NCBI GenBank assembly: GCA_963812015.1
Contig: CAWETI010000002.1
Span: 640,001-704,000, forward strand
Direction: 5' to 3'
Length of the DNA: 64,000 nucleotides
Source of the DNA: an uncultured delta proteobacterium
Lineage (GTDB): Bacteria > Desulfobacterota > Desulfobaccia > Desulfobaccales > 0-14-0-80-60-11
Shown here: positions 60,501 through 64,000 of the stretch, piece after piece
How positions within the stretch are numbered: position 1 is the first letter of the stretch
How the letters are laid out: every line of letters starts with the position of its first letter
Position numbers and translations under genes: made by a program
The notes under the pieces: generated by a model
What the model saw: the letters and a program-made list of their open reading frames with translations, nothing else
Database searches by the model: none
Told to the model about the DNA's origin: nothing

Positions 60501-62173
60501 GCCAAGCGCTGGCTTTCAGCATGACGCATATTCGCAAACCAGCGGTTCAAAGAATCCAGATTATCGGTGAAGCCAAAAGCCTTTTTGAGATGAAAAATAT
60601 CTGCCCTGATGGGCGGGGCAGGCATGGGCACCACATAATTTCGTGGGGTCAACATCCGGGTAAGCAGCATTGCAGTTTGAATCGAGGTCGATAGTAAGGC
60701 GGTCCCCGAAGAGGGGTCACCCTTAATTGCCAAATTATATTCCTGTCCTTCTGCCTGCATTTCGCCTTCTGGACCGATACCTGGCTTGGGTGGAAATTCG
60801 GCAACTCGGTCTGGGAAAATCCCACATATGCGTCCCATATGCTCTGGAGCGTCCCTCAAAGTTGCAGACAAGCCAACAAAGTGAGGAGGCTTCGCTCCTG
60901 CTCCTGCATGAACCCAATATTTCCATCGCCTCAACACCCAAGCTGTCTGAGCCCCGGCAATGCCCTCATGAGTATGGACTTCATCAAGTAAAACTAACCG
61001 GGGTGCCAGATTCCCTTGCCTGATCCCGAACGTTCTTCGCCATTGGGGGTTGCCCATTTCGCGGTTGAGCATCTCCAGAGAAATGAAGAGAACATCCGGC
61101 GGATTCTGTATAAGTTGCTCCCTGGTGATCCGCAAGACTCCGTCGGGAACATCCGGAATGGATTCTCCCAGGCGATAAAGAACCGTCCTCCCTTTTTCTC
61201 GATCGCAATTCTTCCAGATTAGATCGCTCCGCCCATCTTTAGGAGAACTAAGATAAGGTATCACATGACCTTCTGCTCTTTGTTCCCAATACCACTTTGG
61301 TGGCCGCTTCCCCGGAGTTACTGGCTTGAACCAGTAATCCATTGGAGAACTCCCCAACAAAGCTCCGAAAACGATGGGACGCTGTCCATGCCGCTGTAGG
61401 ACAGGACGCAGTTTTGCCGATTCTGACAAGGCTTCGCGTAACTGGTCCGCCAGAAGGACATTGCGCGGATATATAGCGACAACCTTAGTGAAGAAGGTGG
61501 GGTCTTTAGAAATTTCCTCTGCAACACGGAGGAATGCGGGTACGTAAAAAGCCTTCGTCTTGCCAGACCCCGTACCTGCACAAATTACAGAAGCGGAGCC
61601 ATTGCCAGAGTTATATTCTCTAAAAATGTGCTCAAATGAACGCTTTTGAAACCCGGCAAACTTCAATTCATTGCCTTGGTCATCTCGACATAGAGCTTCG
61701 TAGCATTCCTTAACCAGTTGCTCGGAGTTCTTAGAACATAACCTCTCTAAATTGTCTCTCCAGATATCCAAACTCGGTAAGTCTCGGCGAGGATAGACGC
61801 GGTATCTTAGGTGTATCTTAATATCTGAGACTAGTCGCGGACCAGTAGCCCAATCTTGCGGATTAAACATTTGTCGAAGATTGGCCAGAAGTCGAATTCC
61901 CTCAGCCATTCTGGTCCGATACATATCCGAGACATCGGGAAGTTGATAGATCAGATGACTCCTACGTAATTCCCTAATAAGAGTCTTAAAAGTAATTCCC
62001 TGAATCTGGAGGTTGTTCCACTGGTCTCTTAGTTCAATAGGTGCCTCATGCTGAAGGACATGTAGCATATCGGTCTCAGAATACTGAACATTATGAAATC
62101 CCCAGGAAAGCAGCTTTTCTTCACGTCTTTCAAGAAAAGTTAAGAAGTTGCTGGCAAACTCTTGAATATTCAT
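57551..62173 (-). CDS. dpdJ: Large DEAD/DEAH helicase DpdJ
   Basis: 1540 aa, GTGSGKT, YPRNVL, DEVH, LSAT, TSSLEVGFD, QRKGRAGR, C-terminal C..SCPDCL. Confidence 0.9.
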   Translation of the reverse strand: MNIQEFASNFLTFLERREEKLLSWGFHNVQYSETDMLHVLQHEAPIELRDQWNNLQIQGITFKTLIRELRRSHLIYQLPDVSDMYRTRMAEGIRLLANLRQMFNPQDWATGPRLVSDIKIHLRYRVYPRRDLPSLDIWRDNLERLCSKNSEQLVKECYEALCRDDQGNELKFAGFQKRSFEHIFREYNSGNGSASVICAGTGSGKTKAFYVPAFLRVAEEISKDPTFFTKVVAIYPRNVLLADQLREALSESAKLRPVLQRHGQRPIVFGALLGSSPMDYWFKPVTPGKRPPKWYWEQRAEGHVIPYLSSPKDGRSDLIWKNCDREKGRTVLYRLGESIPDVPDGVLRITREQLIQNPPDVLFISLEMLNREMGNPQWRRTFGIRQGNLAPRLVLLDEVHTHEGIAGAQTAWVLRRWKYWVHAGAGAKPPHFVGLSATLRDAPEHMGRICGIFPDRVAEFPPKPGIGPEGEMQAEGQEYNLAIKGDPSSGTALLSTSIQTAMLLTRMLTPRNYVVPMPAPPIRADIFHLKKAFGFTDNLDSLNRWFANMRHAESQRLAGLRSMPSPLPNQTTLRSMRAEGQIWDLPQEIGHNLTQSLDISRCSSQDPGANANSDIILATSSLEVGFDDPHVGIVLHHKSPISMSSFIQRKGRAGRTRGSRPWTVVILSDYGRDRWAFQSAERLFDPEIDRIHLPIANPYVLRVQMALFLVDWLGQMIDKADSPFSYLSKRSTWKISQQAQSEAKRYLKDFLQQGAQWKRFFSSAFSMYFNGRGGLSWKNEEDRAIAMSELNDIFWEEPRPLLTGGIPALLRKIEVEWRQSGPGNRPDEDANSGRPMPLAIPKATFEELDLNDATIVLESFRGHDKDDELLSLPQFLRESCPGRVSKRFSTLANFDPPEPGYWHEYSSQLNVGHNIASIGQLYNEYVPLSAAGSTQIYRPLDAKLTHIPNGVVESSSSEWQWETIASIHNNDCGESLPVRGSKPWNLVLSQATAHLHINGSWIELLRYANSCQFEIRHKNKNPILGVLHLQGDDGIPEAVGFQVNADGLRFVVGNSHLNDLPLITQNMLGQLRYEYFLHKLKTSPALQDHLNVFRAVWMAEISMAMICATAIRKKISLPKAQELLSERRIESVRRVLDVIFQVRGVDPTGQEEESKLKQDIIDLWQASSVISEIERLEKTLWNTPPGPDFDHWVRQRYLATLAQALRIAVATVSDQVDEDDLIVDVISSDEKHEILLTEKSSGGVGQMESVVREIKGDPRFFLDALEHAVANCPRQSWCVNLNAVTREVYKEHRDGAGALVDAFNDVRNAPNMSSLEQAKQSLINAMHVRGLNPQRNNISAVSMKLLRPGSSRNTDMLTFLLNELWERHSKKIGLKIPIRTFAYVVSSFPPSQRRLVDLFRRAYNTPPTLPQLYAIIQQLLFDGCEDSCPDCLNNPNYFNDFGKPARNLALPWLSLEQMMVAVSATSNKWVTNARAALEKEGRVSLVAPMNLQQQLIENLVPLFFEEINVQTYRESVHISRIEVTGGYIKVALQIRDFANV

Positions 62174-62176
62174 TGC

Positions 62177-62857
62177 TCAAAGCCTGACATGGAACGAATC
62201 CCATAGGTTATATTCATCAATTTTTGACTTGACTTCATCGTTTAGTAAGTCACGTGGCGATGCAGTTCCTGCTGCCGCAGATGTAAGGAACTGTCCGAAA
62301 GGTCCCTCAAGCCCCAACTTCGCAATACTCTTCTCCAGTTTCTCTTTGATTGCTTTGACCTGTTGCACTTCTTTATCGCTTTGTGGGATTCCCTGCAGTT
62401 TAAGATTGTCAACAGACTCCTTGAATTCCTTTCCTCCTTTGGCACCTAGACTCTGGACGACGATAGCAAGTTTCTCCCATTTGGTAACGCTATTGCTAAT
62501 GTTTAGGTTCCAAATATCGCGGCATTGATTTGTAGCCTTGTCGGCATAATCTCCCAACCGAATAACTTTATTTTCCGTTGCCCTAGCTTTAACTTTTTTT
62601 GGATCCTCGTCGATCTCTTTATGTAGTCGCTTGGCTTCAGTTACGCTAGATTTCAACAAGGGGAGAATTTTCTTTGCACATTCAGCATCTGGATAGGCTT
62701 TGGAGATATAGCCCATGTTTATAAAAGCTTGTTTCAGTTTCTCTCGAGATTTTGCTACCTTCTGCGTATACTCGCCAAAATTCTCTGCAAATTCTCGCAA
62801 AGATTTTTTCTCTGGTAGTTGCTCAAGACGCTCTTTTAACTGACTTAGGTTTGACAT
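62177..62857 (-). CDS. dpdI: Coiled-coil protein, DpdI position
   Basis: 226-aa helical protein between dpdH-like and dpdJ. The call rests on synteny. Confidence 0.55.
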   Translation of the reverse strand: MSNLSQLKERLEQLPEKKSLREFAENFGEYTQKVAKSREKLKQAFINMGYISKAYPDAECAKKILPLLKSSVTEAKRLHKEIDEDPKKVKARATENKVIRLGDYADKATNQCRDIWNLNISNSVTKWEKLAIVVQSLGAKGGKEFKESVDNLKLQGIPQSDKEVQQVKAIKEKLEKSIAKLGLEGPFGQFLTSAAAGTASPRDLLNDEVKSKIDEYNLWDSFHVRL

Positions 62858-62862
62858 ATTGA

Positions 62863-64000
62863 CTAGTCCTCAGAATTTTTCTTTTCGGGGGTGATCAAGA
62901 TTTCGGAAATCTGTTTTAGTTCATTGAGAAAATCCTCCTTGGTACCTGCGTTTTCTCCGCCTCCAGGCTTTTCCTGTCCACTGAGTTCCTTTTCAATCAA
63001 CTCCAGGTGCTGCTTTGTCACATACACAAGATCGTGCTGAGCTTCCTTGAGAGAAGAGGGATCAAAGCACAAAATATCAATATTCGAAGGATTGGCGATA
63101 ACTTTAGCTGCCTTCCCCACACTGATGCTCCAGTCTTCTCGGTTCTTCATCAAACGATTTGATTCCCAAAGGTTGTCAAAAGGTAGGTCGGGGTAGCTTA
63201 AGTTCTCTTTTTGAATCTCAATCAGTTCAACAATTTCTGCGACGCAAGTTCTTAATTCTTTTTTCAAATCATTATCTACAAAACCACATGCGATCAGAAA
63301 TTCCTTGAGCATGGCAAGGGAATCTGAGATCGCTTTTATTTCTCCTTCTAAACCTTTATGGAATTCAGCATACGCACCTAATTTTGCGACAGAACCAAAC
63401 CGCACCTGCCAAAAATTCTCGTTAATTTCTTTAAGAGGCAGGTCGATAGCCAGTTTTTCTTCAAATTTCTCAAGAGCTTCTATAATCGGTAATGGATCAA
63501 TAAAATCCTTTGGCGTAGCAGTCCCCTGGCCCACCCCTAGTTCACTAATGAGAAATTCTTTGGAGTTTTTCCATTTTGTTTCAATATCTCTAATAAACCG
63601 GTTCATCGAATCGGTGAGGTTTTGGGGTCGGTTCGCATCCTCCCAGATTGGAGTGAATACCTCAGATATGCGCTTTTGCGGCTCTTTTTTTGGCAAGGGA
63701 GAACGTGTTCTGAAGATTGCTGCCAGTGCCAGCAATTGGGAAGCAGCCCTCACCCCATCTTGAGTGAGCGAAGGAGGATCGGGCTCTAAACTTTTGATGA
63801 TCCTTTGTTGATTTTTCCTTAGCCAGCAAGAAACTCGCCTTTTATGGAGTTCACCATTTTTAAAATTCCATGACCCTTTACCCTCGCGCTCATAACGCAC
63901 CAATGCTTCCAAGAGTTGACGTGTTTCTTCATCACGAGGAAAGTTTAAGAAATAGAGTTGGCCCGCTGGGTGGGCAGGTTGACCATCTATATGGATAGGT
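62863..64000 (-). CDS. dpdH: DpdH-like protein, C-terminal part (runs off the right edge)
   Basis: Frame is open to the window edge. Position upstream of dpdI-dpdJ. The ATPase motifs would lie outside the window. Confidence 0.55.
   Translation of the reverse strand, partial: PIHIDGQPAHPAGQLYFLNFPRDEETRQLLEALVRYEREGKGSWNFKNGELHKRRVSCWLRKNQQRIIKSLEPDPPSLTQDGVRAASQLLALAAIFRTRSPLPKKEPQKRISEVFTPIWEDANRPQNLTDSMNRFIRDIETKWKNSKEFLISELGVGQGTATPKDFIDPLPIIEALEKFEEKLAIDLPLKEINENFWQVRFGSVAKLGAYAEFHKGLEGEIKAISDSLAMLKEFLIACGFVDNDLKKELRTCVAEIVELIEIQKENLSYPDLPFDNLWESNRLMKNREDWSISVGKAAKVIANPSNIDILCFDPSSLKEAQHDLVYVTKQHLELIEKELSGQEKPGGGENAGTKEDFLNELKQISEILITPEKKNSED

Larger units (their letters stand above)
28051..64000. 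mobile_element. tRNA-Thr-anchored genomic (defence) island, right end beyond the window
   Basis: Core genes stop at the tRNA. Beyond it are patchy AT-rich defence genes, IS remnants, a recombinase and the dpd cluster. Confidence 0.7.

Overview
A bacterial window, probably from a Desulfobacterota/deltaproteobacterium (inferred from gene content and GC-rich core genes), in three parts. (1) 1-13.5 kb: an IS-disrupted lasso-peptide-type RiPP locus. It has a partial asparagine-synthetase-like cyclase missed by the ORF track, a UPF0489/arginase-like-TPR protein, a B2 protease, a PqqD/RRE, a nucleotidyltransferase, a carbamoyltransferase-TPR and an ABC exporter, plus decayed IS5 and IS1380 elements. 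No precursor peptide is visible. (2) 13.7-28 kb: GC-rich core genes (rfbC-rfbD-rfbB, hybrid kinase plus sigma-54 regulator, bioA, phosphotransferase, ADH, LMW phosphatase, ADP-ribosylglycohydrolase) ending at tRNA-Thr(CGT). (3) 28-64 kb: a defence-type genomic island after the tRNA. It carries an HNH-HIT fusion, a SIR2 plus 766-aa HExxH pair, decayed integron-like cassettes, several PD-(D/E)xK nucleases and a small tyrosine recombinase. It ends in a large 7-deazaguanine DNA-modification (dpd) cluster: queD/queE/queC/folE2, an inserted UvrD plus Cas4-like nuclease pair, dpdC-like, dpdB, dpdA, a second dpdB, and convergent dpdH-I-J-K-D. The best novelty candidates are the arginase plus carbamoyltransferase lasso locus, the SIR2 two-gene module and the extra modules inside the dpd operon. 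All family calls come from motif recognition, not database searches.
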